Shown here one piece after another: positions 34,962 to 47,600 of a DNA stretch of 64,000 nucleotides. Location: IMG/VR virus record IMGVR_UViG_3300021958_000059, positions 850 to 64,849 of that record, one strand, 5' to 3'. This DNA is from a virus. Its lineage: Duplodnaviria > Caudoviricetes. How positions within the stretch are numbered: position 1 is the stretch's first letter; every line of letters starts with the position of its first letter. The notes under the pieces were generated by a model. It did not search any database. It saw nothing but the letters and a program-made list of their open reading frames with translations, and was not told where the DNA came from. Both the position numbers and the translations under genes were made by a program.

Positions 34962-35630
34962 TTATCCCTCGTTAAACCCTGTTAAACTTTGGATCCTAAT
35001 TGTATAATCCACTTGTAATAATCTATTCAATGATTTTTGAACAGGATGGAAGATAACATGTGTTAATAGTTTTCCGCCGCCATTAGGATCGTATGATTTT
35101 AATCCTAGTTCATCAAATACAAAATTTCCGTCCATGTTAACACTATTATCAAATGCTTCTTGATCCTCTGGTTCGCCATAGTCTAACAAACAGCTCACAA
35201 CAATATCACTATAAGTTGCTCCACTAATGTGTCTAATTTCCATCTTGTTTCTTGTAGGATCAGCATTTGTAGTTGCATTTTGATCAATTACTTTAGTATA
35301 TGTTTCATTATAAAGACTTGAATTTATGCCCACAGTGTTTGGTGTAAGATATGTAATAAGTCCTGTTGGATCAACAGTTGTTCCGCCTGATCCAAACGCC
35401 ATTTCATAAATTGTTCCTAGACCTTGATTTGACAGCGATTGAACCATTGCAACACTCATGTTTTCGTAGTGGATGGCGTTGCGTTTATCCTGGAAAACTT
35501 CACCAGTTTCAGGGTCAAAAATCTTTATATGTCCTTCAAAATGGAACCCTCCGGTCTCATTTACTGTAGGTTTAGGAGATTGTTTATTTTGCATATTATC
35601 CTTTGGCATATCTTTCTCTTCACGTTTCAT
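34962..35630 (-). CDS. Baseplate/tail structural protein (hypothetical)
   Basis: Late motif at 35635-35641 supports ATG 35630 (or 35609); FVFDELGL..LLTHVIFHPVQKS pattern. Confidence 0.7.
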   Translation of the reverse strand: MKREEKDMPKDNMQNKQSPKPTVNETGGFHFEGHIKIFDPETGEVFQDKRNAIHYENMSVAMVQSLSNQGLGTIYEMAFGSGGTTVDPTGLITYLTPNTVGINSSLYNETYTKVIDQNATTNADPTRNKMEIRHISGATYSDIVVSCLLDYGEPEDQEAFDNSVNMDGNFVFDELGLKSYDPNGGGKLLTHVIFHPVQKSLNRLLQVDYTIRIQSLTGFNEG

Positions 35631-35634
35631 AGTG

Positions 35635-35641
35635 TATTTAT
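35635..35641 (-). promoter_or_regulatory. Late promoter core ATAAATA
   Basis: Overlaps the stop of the giant gene, directly before ATG 35630. Confidence 0.5.
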
Positions 35642-38600
35642 TCAGGTAACTTGGTTGACTTAGCAGCAATGAACTTACTAATTGGTGTATTATTGGATAA
35701 AAGTGTAATTCCAGCACTTGCTGTGGTTGCACCCTTGTCATACCATGTTTGACCCGTCCTTTTAATTATTGTTATTCTAGTTCCAGCACCTGCAGGAACG
35801 GTTAATCTAATGTATGGAGTCACTCCATCCACAGAAAACTCTGCTTCTACTTCCTTATCCGCCTGAGGACTAACTGGACCCAGCGTTTCATCAAATATTG
35901 TTAGTGGTGTTTTTCTAAGACGTTTTCCGCCAACAAATACTTCAACTGTGTCACACCTTCCATAATCATTCGGAATAGTTGTTACACTCCAAGATCCTAC
36001 ACTAGACTTACTAGGAACAAAATCAAGTGGGCCAACTAGCAAACTACTGCCGTCGCCTACAAAATCAATTCTATCCTGGCTTTCTGTATACGGTAATGCT
36101 TCTCTTGGTCCTAGATCAACTACATTATCATTTAATTGGTGTAACTCTTTAATTGCTGTTCCTTGCACTCCTCTTCTTAATTGGCCAAGAGTATTTCCTT
36201 CAACTGTCATATATTCAATCTTTTCATTATCAATTTCAATTATTCCTGGAATATTTCTGTTTCTAATTGGTTGATATAAGTTGGTTGCATCTGAAACTTC
36301 TATTGTATCATCATAGTAATTTAATTCTTTTGCTAATACAATTGTTGATTTAGAATATCTATTATATCTATAAACATTAAGCATATCTTTGTTTATTTCA
36401 TATGCACTAGGTAATCTATAAATTTCTGTTCCGAATGTAGTAATTGTTATCGTATCAGAAAAAGTATTTTCTACTTCAAGATATATAACTCCTCTCGGTA
36501 ATGAAATATAATAATCAATATCCTGTATTAATTTAACACCGTTCTTGTAAACCCAAACGTAGTCAACACCCAACGGAGTAAATGGTAATTCGTAGTTTAC
36601 CTTTCCTCCTACAATAACATCACTATCAATTTTCATACTAGGATATTCATTAAACCATGTAATTTCTATTTCGTCTCCTGTTGTTAAAGATACAGAACTA
36701 TCCACAACAATATCACCATTTTCTATGCTGTATTCACTTCTTAAATTATTTTCAATCTTAACAACATCTCCAGTTTGTAGAAGGCCTGTCGTAAATGTTA
36801 ATACTCTTGTTGTTCCGTCATATACATAATCCTGAATAAAAGTTTTTCTCTCTCCATTTACAAACACTGATATGTTTGCTGAAAGTATAGTTCCTGCTCC
36901 CTCTTCAGGATCTTGTCCTAGTGTGTAAGAGTTTGTGGTGCCATCATAGATGTCATAAACAGTGTCCGGCCCTTTTAATTTTACATCATTAACTTCTACT
37001 ACTATCGACGATAAAGAACTTTCTCTTGTAAGTTGAACAAAATTATCTAAATTATAATTTCTATCAGTCCCATTATAGATTACAGTCTGTCGATTCACTC
37101 TAACAATTGACAGGTTAGATGAATCAGTATCAGTTGAAGTGCCCAATACTATAATTTTAATAACTGAATTTTCGGAAGGAACTGTTCCAAACTGAATTAG
37201 TGTTCTACCTACTGTATCAACTAAGTCTGTGCTGTTGGTAAATTGTGCATCTGTTTCGACTCCATTAATTGTTGTAAACACGTTTGTTGTTAACTCATAA
37301 GGGGCATTGGTTAGGTATAGGCTCGTTTCCCCGTCGGCATTGAACTCTTGATAGTCTAGAAGACTAACTCCGCCAATTCCTATTGAAATAAGCTCGATCT
37401 TTTTATTTGAATCAGGAACTGATGTAAACACTACTGTCCTGTCGCCTACTATTTCATAATCAGTATCTAAATCTTTTTTAATTCCGTCGACAAAAACTAA
37501 AACTGATTTGTTTTCAAATACTTGTTGTCCTATATCATAACTGTTTGTAGACCCATCCGAAATAATAACCTTAGATTGTATAGGAGCAACACCGTTGTTT
37601 GTAGTTTGATAGACTTTAATACTAAGACTATCAAGTATTTGTCCGGGAACATTTTCTTCTGTTGCAGGAACTTGCTCTGGTCCTATAAATCTTCCGCCTT
37701 CGATTTTTATTTCTTGTGAAGTTATTCCCGAAGCAGTTGCATAGGCACCTTCCATCACACTTAAACTTCCGCCACTTATATTGGAATCAACAATGTTGGG
37801 ATCAGTAATAGTTACTGCGCCGTCGCTTTCGATTGGACGGAATATTAAAATATCTCCATCGTTAGTTCTGATATACTGACCTACTTCTACCTGTGTAGTA
37901 GATCCGTCCCCTACAAATGTTGGCATTAATGCATTTTCATTTGTAACTAAAGATGAATCGTTATCACCTCCAAAGTATGGATCATCAATTCTTACAACAG
38001 GAGGATTTTTCACACTTTCACTATACTGTAAATCATCAACAGTAGGTAATGAACCTTCGCCTTCTCGTTTTAGATAGATATTAATTTGCTGTCCATCTGT
38101 CGGAACAAAGGGCAATACAACATATTCAGTGCTTCCGTCACATACATGATAATAATCAGAGGCTGCTTCAACACTATCCCAACTGTCTGTAAACCATGGT
38201 AAGGCATCCCATCCGCCTGTTACATCAAACGTTGTTCCTTGAACTTGAACTCCGCCATAATCGATACCTGTCATTAATTGGTCGAGGTCTGTGCCTTTCA
38301 TTCCTGTAACAGGACTATAATATTTTTCAATCCTGTTAACGCTATCTAATAACTCATCGTTCTTTTCATAAATTATTTTTATAACATCACCAGATAACGG
38401 TGGAACTATAAATGTAATCTTACCTTTTAAGATATTAAAATCTTCAGTATTAGTTTTATATAAAGTAATTAAATATTCACTACTTAAAACTATCTGATCA
38501 TTTTTAGTAATTGTTATCTTGGATTTATCTCTAGTTGGTGCATATTTTAAATCAAAAACAGAAGTTGTTCCTGATGCTGTAAATATTTCAGTATCACTAA

Positions 38601-41600
38601 ACTGAGAATAAAATCCGTTCTTAGTTATTCTATCAAATTTTATGGCTATATCAAAATTTCTAACCTTTGTTTCGCCTAACTTTGCTACTGCTTTTGCAAT
38701 ATCTGTTGAACTACCATTTCCGCCTACTAGCGATACAGTTGGTGTTTTAGTATACCCTGTGCCCTCGTCTAATATTTTAATTCCAACAACCTTACCACTA
38801 GATATAAATGCCTGAGCAGATGCTCCTGATCCGTTTCCTTCAATAACTACCTTAGGCGGACTAACATATCCACTTCCTGCTGAGGAAATAACAATATTAA
38901 TAATGTTATATCCGTTATTATCAGCCCAATGCTTCCAAGGATATCTGTTTATTTCATCACTTAGATTATTAACAGTTGTAAAGGATCCTGCCGCATCGGA
39001 ATATACCGCAGGTAAATCAAAGTCTGTTGTTGAAAGAGGCGTTTGTTCTGTAGAATCATACTTACTGATGTATTCTCTTATTGTAGTTCTATATGGTTTT
39101 ACTTCATCTATGTATTGTGCAAAACTATCTAAATTATCGTTCTTATAATTGCTTATAGTTTTAAACTCACCAACATTGTGTATTGCATTTAGGAAACTGG
39201 TTTTAAATGTCCAATCAACATATGTTTGTTCGTGTAATACATATCTTACAGAATTAAAAAATATCTTATTCCATTCTACAGCGTAATCGCCAACAAAGAT
39301 ATTTTCTTTAACTGCCTTAAATATATTTCTTAACTCGTCCGATGGTTCTAAATCATACAATCCAGTATCAAAACTTGTAATATTATCAAAACCAATACCG
39401 CTGGTATCAACATCATATAATGAGACTGATAACTGTATAGTTCCATTAAATCGACCAACTAACGAATAATTTCCTAAAGGTAGATTACTAGTTTCTACAT
39501 TCTTTTCAAACACTGCCCACCCACCTGAGCCGTATTCCTTAATTCTTATAAGGTCTCCAATTTCAACGTTAATTGTAGGTTCTCTTGACACATCTGAAAT
39601 TTCTTTAATAATTCGAGAGGTAGGACCATAACCTTCCTTCCACCAGTCAACATAATTCCAGTATTTTCTTGTATCGAAACCTTGGGAGGCACTTCTAAAG
39701 AAACTTTTTCTTTCATCGTCCCATGCATAAATTGCCCAAAAATTGTTTACCGTATTATCATTTTCTACCAACACTGAGAATCGTCTAACAGAAACTTCAG
39801 CATATGTATAATTTTTTCCTCTCTTCGTTACTACTACTGCAACTATTCTTCCCTGCCCATCAATATGAGATACTGCTTCTGCTCCTTCGCCATCTCCCTC
39901 TATGGTCACAGCAGGTCCTTGATAAACTCCAGCAATTTCTTGATCAAAAAGTTCTTGTGGCTTATAACCAAACCCAGGATCAATAATATTGATCGAACTA
40001 ATTTCATTATCAATAATATTTGGAGTTAGAATTGCTCTAGTAACTCTTGTGGTTCCTACTGTTTCTAAATCTATTAAATTAGAAACACTTAAATCATAAA
40101 GATATAAACTCTTGTCGGGTTGTTCATCAAATAAATTTAGATTTTCAAAATTAATTGTATTAGCAAAAGCCTCTTTTTGTAATACTGCATTAATTGTTTG
40201 TATTGTTTGTTTTAAAATTTGTTTTCTATTAACAAACATTCCTTGTCTAGGTCTAACCCCTATACCAAACTGTTGCTTAATAGGTAAGTTAGGATCAGGA
40301 ACTCTATTACCTTGTTTATCGTATCCAACTAAACTATCAATCCATTTTCTTTCAAGTTTATCTGCAGGAATGCTGTCTGCTACACCTTCAGTTAACAATT
40401 GATATTCATTATGAATTGAATTTTTAGCACTAGTATCGTTAAACTTTTCAATGTTTAGTATAGTTGTATCACTGGAAACTATATTTCTGTAATTGTAAAA
40501 GAAAACTTTATCAGATGCAGCAAGTGCAATATATGTGTTTCCTAATGTCGAAGGATCAGTTATTGATGACGCAACAGACGCGGCTGAAATTGTTCTACCT
40601 AAAGTATTATCAGGAACTGTCACTTTATTCTTGACCCAGAAATAATATTTTGTTTCTGTTGTTTGTCCAGTATCAACATTTAAAAATTCTTTGAATGTAT
40701 AAACTGTATCATCAGTATATAGAGGCTGGCCACTTATTCCTAGTTGTAATCCTTCTGTTGTATCTGCAACTGCTGACCATTCGCTAGGAAGTAATCTTGA
40801 TTCTACCCATTCGTAAACATCTACGCTTGATCCTACTGCCTGCTTACCCCAATTGGCAAGTCTATAAGCAGTATCGCCTTGCTCATAATCTATCCATTTT
40901 ACGGTAGAAAGATTCCACCACAATTTACCAACATTTTTTTCATACCAAGAAATATTTGCATCGACCACAACGTCATCAGTGCCTACATTATAAATTGCAG
41001 GATCATAAGGTGTTTTAAATGACAGTTCTTTTTCTGCTTCAGCAAGTAATTTAAGTTTTCCAGGATCATATATTTCAAGGTTCTGTATTTTAGTGTCAGT
41101 TACTTCATCATACAACGAAATTCTTTTGATAGATTCTAAATCTACCTTAGGAGTTTGTTGGCCAACGATTTCTAAAGATTTAATGTTTTGATCTTTTCTA
41201 AATAATCTTACCATTCCCGTTACAGGTCCTGTAAAATCTAATGTAGCACCATGGCTGGCTGGGGAGATATAATACGGGGATCCTACAATAACCACATCTG
41301 TTGTTAGTGCTACCGTATGACCAAAGGATTCATTTAGTGAAAGATCATCTTCTAATTTTTCTGCTAGATAATATTTAGACCCTTTCTTTTCAAAAACATA
41401 CACAGCACCAGAATACCCTCCATAGGTTTTAAATGTTGTGTTACTTTCATCAAAGAAAGTTTGACTTTCGTCGAATCTTATTGGGAAATTGTATCCAGTA
41501 TTGTTTGCTCCAATTACAATTCTGTCAGTATTAGCAGAAATAGCAACGCTCTGTCCAAAATATTCGTTAGGATATCTTCCAAAACTTTCTATCTTTTGTT

Positions 41601-44600
41601 TTATTCTAAATCTTTCCTGCGTTGAATCTGTTTCATACTTAAGAATGTATGCACTTCCTTGATTCTGGAAATTCTTATCTGCTCTTGGACTAGTTATAAC
41701 CAGGTTGTTACCACTATAATCTATAGATACAGCGTAGCCTAATTGGTCTCCGCTACTAATATTTTCCACAGTATCAAGATCACTTATATCCTGAAGAGAA
41801 TCAGCAGTTATCGTTTGTTGTAACTTATAATAACCGTTGGTGTTTTTCTTATAAACAAAAACCTTACCAACTGCTTCAGACGAGCTATCACCAACATTTA
41901 CCCAAGGATAGCCTTCGTCGGGTGATTGATTGAAACTTCTTATTGTGCTGTCAGGGCCAACTGATGTTATTCCTATATTATCTAGTCTATGATATTGGCT
42001 TTCGTGCCTAACAACGTCACCTTCTGTATATTCAAAATTAGGTTGCCAGTTTCCTCTATAATTAGGAAAATATTGGCCGTCTGCATCTACAGCACCAATT
42101 ACTAGTGTGTTACCAGTGTAGTCCATTGCTAGTGAACTACCAAATTTATCACCTACTTTTATCAGTTCAGCCAGTTGATCTGCGTTCAGTATTCCTGTTG
42201 CCAATGTAGAGCCATCATCTTCTATTCCTACACTCTGTGGAAGAGACGTTAGTGTGTTAACATTGTCAAGTTTTATCCAATCAGAAGATTCAATTGTTAT
42301 TGTGCTACCGTCGCCTTCGTTATCTGCTATGGCTTGCCATAAATTTCCTGCATAATAAACAATACTACCTTCTGGATAGAATGTTTGCTGAATTACTGTT
42401 CCTGTTCCTTCTGTAGGACCTGTTGATGCAAACACTGTGCCTGGGGCATTGCTAGATGCGCCGACTAATAAGAAGTTTGAAGTTCCGCTAGAACTAATTG
42501 TATAAGTTCTACCGGATTTCATTTCTTCAGAAGTAAATGTTCCGCCTGGCTCATACGTTCCTTTATAGTTAGAATTTTGATCGAGTATCCACCCTTCTGT
42601 TTCATTATATACGTAAAGGTAAACTCTTCCCTTGTTGCCCGCAGCACCGGGTGCAGAAACTGCCATTGAATAAGTATTTCCATTCTTGGCTAATGCTATT
42701 TTACTTCCAAAATATCTGTCGCCATCGGCTCTAGGACTTACAAAACTATCAACTAAGTTCCATTGGTTAGCAGAATATCTATAGACAGATATCATTCCTT
42801 GTTCTTGATATCCTTCAGAGGAACCCGATTCTAATGCTTGTATATTTTTGACAACTTCCCAATCATCTGTGTAGACATTAATTGTGCTACCGTCGGCAAC
42901 AACCGATCTTACTGCCTTCCATAATTGCGCACCATATTGAACAATATCTCCAGCAGCATAAGAATCAAAAGAATTAAAAACTCCTCTGAAGTTACTTCTT
43001 ATTCCGCTTGCCTTCGGTGACCCTATAACTAACCACTGATTATCAGGGCTAGTTGCGATTTCATCGCCAAAGGTGCCTGTTACCGCTGCGGTAAATCCTT
43101 CAATTGGTTGCAATAACTGTTTTACATCTAACCCAGTAGGTGTCTCTAAATAACAAACAACCAGTGCCGAACCTGTTATTGATGCTATTATTTGTTTTTG
43201 CTGCTCGGCATATATTACTTTTTTACCTGCATGAATGGGTGTGCTTGAACCAAAATTTAAAATTTTCTTAGAACTGTATTGTTTATTTTTTTCTAATACT
43301 TCCCACTTACCATCGGAATTTTTATCTATGAATAAGTTTGATCCTCTTCCCATCAATGCAACCTGTTCGGGATCCATATCATCGTAAGTCGAGTATCTTG
43401 CTTCGGTAAGCAGCACAGGGTAAGCAAATGAACTAGGTTCAAAATTGGTATCTGCTGGAGGTGTATCTGTTTCAAATGTAACTGTGAAAGTTTGAACTGA
43501 TGTTATCTTATGAAACCCAGTTATGTCTCCTAGATCAGTTAATCCTATAATATCATCTATTGATAAATTATGTCTTTTATCAAATTTAATTGTTACAATA
43601 TTTTTGTCTGTGGTTATATTAGTTATGGCTAACTCATTTACAAAATTAACCCTTAATACTGACCAAGACTGTTTATCAAATGTAATCCATATATGATCAT
43701 TTTCATCAATAAAGTCTATATCTAAATCAAGTATATCATCTCTAGTCTTTAAGATATATTCCACTTGATTAGTTTTTACATATCCTGCAGATCTCTTGGT
43801 GATATCATTAAGTGTTGTTGTATTAATTGCTGTAGTATAAGGTATCGGAGCATATAGAAAATCAGACTTGTCAACCCTATAATATCTATCTATAAAATCA
43901 CCTTGCGAAGTTTCAGTAATTAAAACAGGTTGCGGGTTAATTTCAAACTGGTCCGTTTGTAACTTTAATTCAATATTATCAGATTGTTCATTACCGCCAA
44001 ACTCAGCAAGTTTGAAAGCCCATTCTTCTTTTAGAGTAACACCTTCTTCTATAGTTCTTCCTAGTTTGTCAAATATCTTTGTTAATGCATTATTGGTGCC
44101 TTTTTCTCTGATGAAACCTTGATACAACCTAAACTGTGTAACTTCATCTTCTGCAAGATTTTGTAGATACTGCCTAGTTTGATATCCTATTGTGTGCCTT
44201 GCAAGATCTCTCTGGCTGGCTGCTAACCCTTCACTATCAACATCAAAGTAATCTTCTATTTGATTAATTCTATAATCATAGTTAGGAATTAAACTTTTTG
44301 TAGGAGTTGAATCTAGTCTGGTCCAATTTTGTGCATTAAAAAATTCACCACTAGTATGATTATCTTTACTGGTATAGTTTACGCCTTGATAATTTATAAT
44401 ATCGCCTAATCTATAATCATTGTAAGGTTCCCAAGATTCAATATTAACATTATCAAATATGAATCCAGGCGAAGTATAATCGCCGTCCCAATCAACAGTT
44501 CTAAATCCTTGAACCTTTATTCTTTCCTGTCTATATCCCGTTGGCTTATCAAATATTACATCGTTAAAAACTGTTCTATCAGAGAAAATTGTTACATGCT

Positions 44601-47600
44601 CTTTTAAAACATAGTTAACTTTAAGATAATATATTCCTTTAGTTGTGTTTGTTGTTGATATTTCAAAAGATTGAAAATCTCTGATTACATCAACGTTAGC
44701 CGGCTGAATTGGTTCACCTGTATCTGTTAAAATATTATATTCATAAAAACTATCAAACAAATTATCTGCAACACCAACTGGAATAGTAATTTTTAATTTT
44801 TCTGCTCCGGGGCTTAGTGTAATCAAACTTCCGATTGACCAATTGTGTCTTGACCAGAACATAAACTCTTTACACGCTGTAGTAAAGTCCTGCGTTACCT
44901 GATTGTCATTGTTGTAGTTTTCAAAAATCAATCCTTGGCTCTTTAGGTATTCTTCATACCCTAAAAGAAAATCTACAACGTCTTGGACTAATTTTAGTGT
45001 AGTTCCATAACTTAATTGTTGCAATCTAAACTTATTGAAATTTCTTCTGCGTTGTGCCGTGACACTTCCTATTGTTGGTAGTTCTGGAAGTTTAGTCCAT
45101 CGAGACTCTTCAAATTCATCAATGCTAGTATGCGTTTCCTTAGCTCTGTAATACATATTTCTGTATTCAACAATTGCGCCATTATTATATTTTTGTCCTG
45201 TTGACCAAACAACAAAAGTTGCACTAACGCCGCCGACTGAAAGAACTGGATCCTTTTGATTGGCTACCGAAGCATAATAATTAAAATACGGATTTATATC
45301 GTCATATCCGTTAACAATCCAGCCGCCTTGTGTCTTTTCTAAAATTACTCCGCTGTAGGTTACACTATCAATAGGTGAACTTACATTAAAAACAATATTG
45401 TAGTTTTCTGGCGGAACAAATATGCTTGATGACGCAGACTGTGGACTCTTGCTATCTAGCAAATATTTTTGCTGTGACTTATCAACAAACCCGCTAAGTC
45501 TTGAAGATAATCTTACGTTTAGATTGGAGAGTATGTCCTGCCCAACCGTTATAGGATTTCCTTGACTCTTCAAATAACTTGTAACATATGCGCTCAGCCC
45601 TGAAGACTGTGTTTCGCCTGGGTTAGGAATTGTAATTTCATTCACTGTAAGGAACGTATTTGTTGCTGAACTTACAATTTGGTTAACTGCATTTCTTTTG
45701 GTCTTTGATCTATCAAAATTAGTAATAATAAATTCATAAGGTCTTAATAACGATAACCCTATCATAATAACAAATGGAAATTCGCTACTAGATCTGTAAG
45801 CATATTCAGTCGGTGAAACATCTCCTAAAACAAAACTACCTTTATTATTAACTAAAGTAAAGTTTGTTGCAACACCGCTATCGAGAGGACTTAATAGTTC
45901 GCCATCGGCATTCACAGGAATATGAGAAATAATCGATGTTCTTGCATACCTTGGATATGTTCCTGCTCTATCGCCCTGTCTAATAATACCATCTCTAATA
46001 TCTTCCCAAAGGATTAAGTTACCACTAGTATACGGTGCTGGGCCGTATTCGTCGTCCCACCATGTTGGTTTTTCTGAGAACCCTAAACACTCCCACGGAC
46101 AACGATGCGGTCTATCTGTGTCGTAGAAATATTTGTATACACCTCTCCACCATCCGGGAATATTCTGGGTCTTGGTGGGGTCCGTCATGTTAGAATAGGT
46201 ATAGGTAAACGTTTCGTTTTCTTTAAAGAAATCGTTTGTGGTATAAGATAAATTAGTATTTGACACCCATTTTAAAAATTCTTGATTTGCTACTCTATCA
46301 AAATCATTTTTAGAAAATAATGCATTTCCGTAATAACCGCCAAGATTATTATCAATATCAAAAACTTTAGGATCATATTCTTGTTTAATATTATTATAAA
46401 TTCTATATTCTAGTTCTAATAATAAATCGTCTCTAAAATCGTCATAGGATAATGTAATACTTCCGTCGTGTCCTTGAATAACATTTTGAGATTCTCTGTA
46501 AGTATCATCAAGGAATTTCATCGGAGTATATTTTTTGTATAATCCAATCGAAGTTGGTGTTGGTGCTATATGACTGTATGCTGTGGATATATATTCTCGT
46601 ATTTCAATTTTATCACCTACCGATAGTTCTGTTAGCAAGGTCATAAATCCAAATGCAGAATTAAACTCGTAGTCTTTTTTATGTAATAACTGTAAATTAT
46701 TCAAGTAAACATAAACTGCTTTTCTGCTGAGTGTGTCTAGATCAAACTTTTCATTAAGACTAAAAGTTTTAATTCCTGCATCTTCAACTACATATTCAGT
46801 AGAGTTATAAGCACCTGTTCCGATCATATCGGAATCAGCAAAAGGACTATTAATAGTTTTTGTTTTTGTTAGGCTTTCAATAATTTGATCTACTTGATCT
46901 GCAATAACATCTGAAGTAAACTCTAGTTCTGTCGACTTTTTAATAAAGTTTTCTTTAAAGGTCGAATATTGTTTTTTAGCAAACTGTAGAGATTTAATTA
47001 AGTTTATGTCCTTATCACAAAGTAAAGAAATTGCAGAAGCAGCAATTCCACTGTGCTTTAAAAATCTTTTTGCATTTTGCTGGAAATCCGAAATGTCTCT
47101 AAGATTATTTGACCCGGGTAATATTCCATTAAACCTTTCATCAAATTCTAAAGAAGTTCTAATGTGATCAGTTGCTTGTCCAAGTGTAAAAGTTTGTATT
47201 TGCTGGTTTAAAGGATTTTTTTCTATACCGACTGGTATTTCGTAATATCCCGATTCTGGTTCAATATCATCAACTATTTTAATTGTTATAATATCTTTTT
47301 CAGCAAACGTTCGACTAAAGGTAAATGTTCCTTCGCTTCTAGTGTATGGATCTTTTAAGAGATTACCGTTTAAATATAAAATAATTTTTGCATTAGGAGT
47401 AAGATTGTTCCAAATAACTGTATCAAGAATAAAGGCATTTGTTTCTTCTTCTATAGTAGTAGTATCAATAATCGGTTGTAGATAATCTTTTTTTGTTATG
47501 GTCCAACCGTTATCAAGAGATCCATTTATTTTAAAATAACAAGTATTAAGATTTTTTGTATATCTTACTTGGGTTTCTGTGTAATTAAAATTATCAGCAT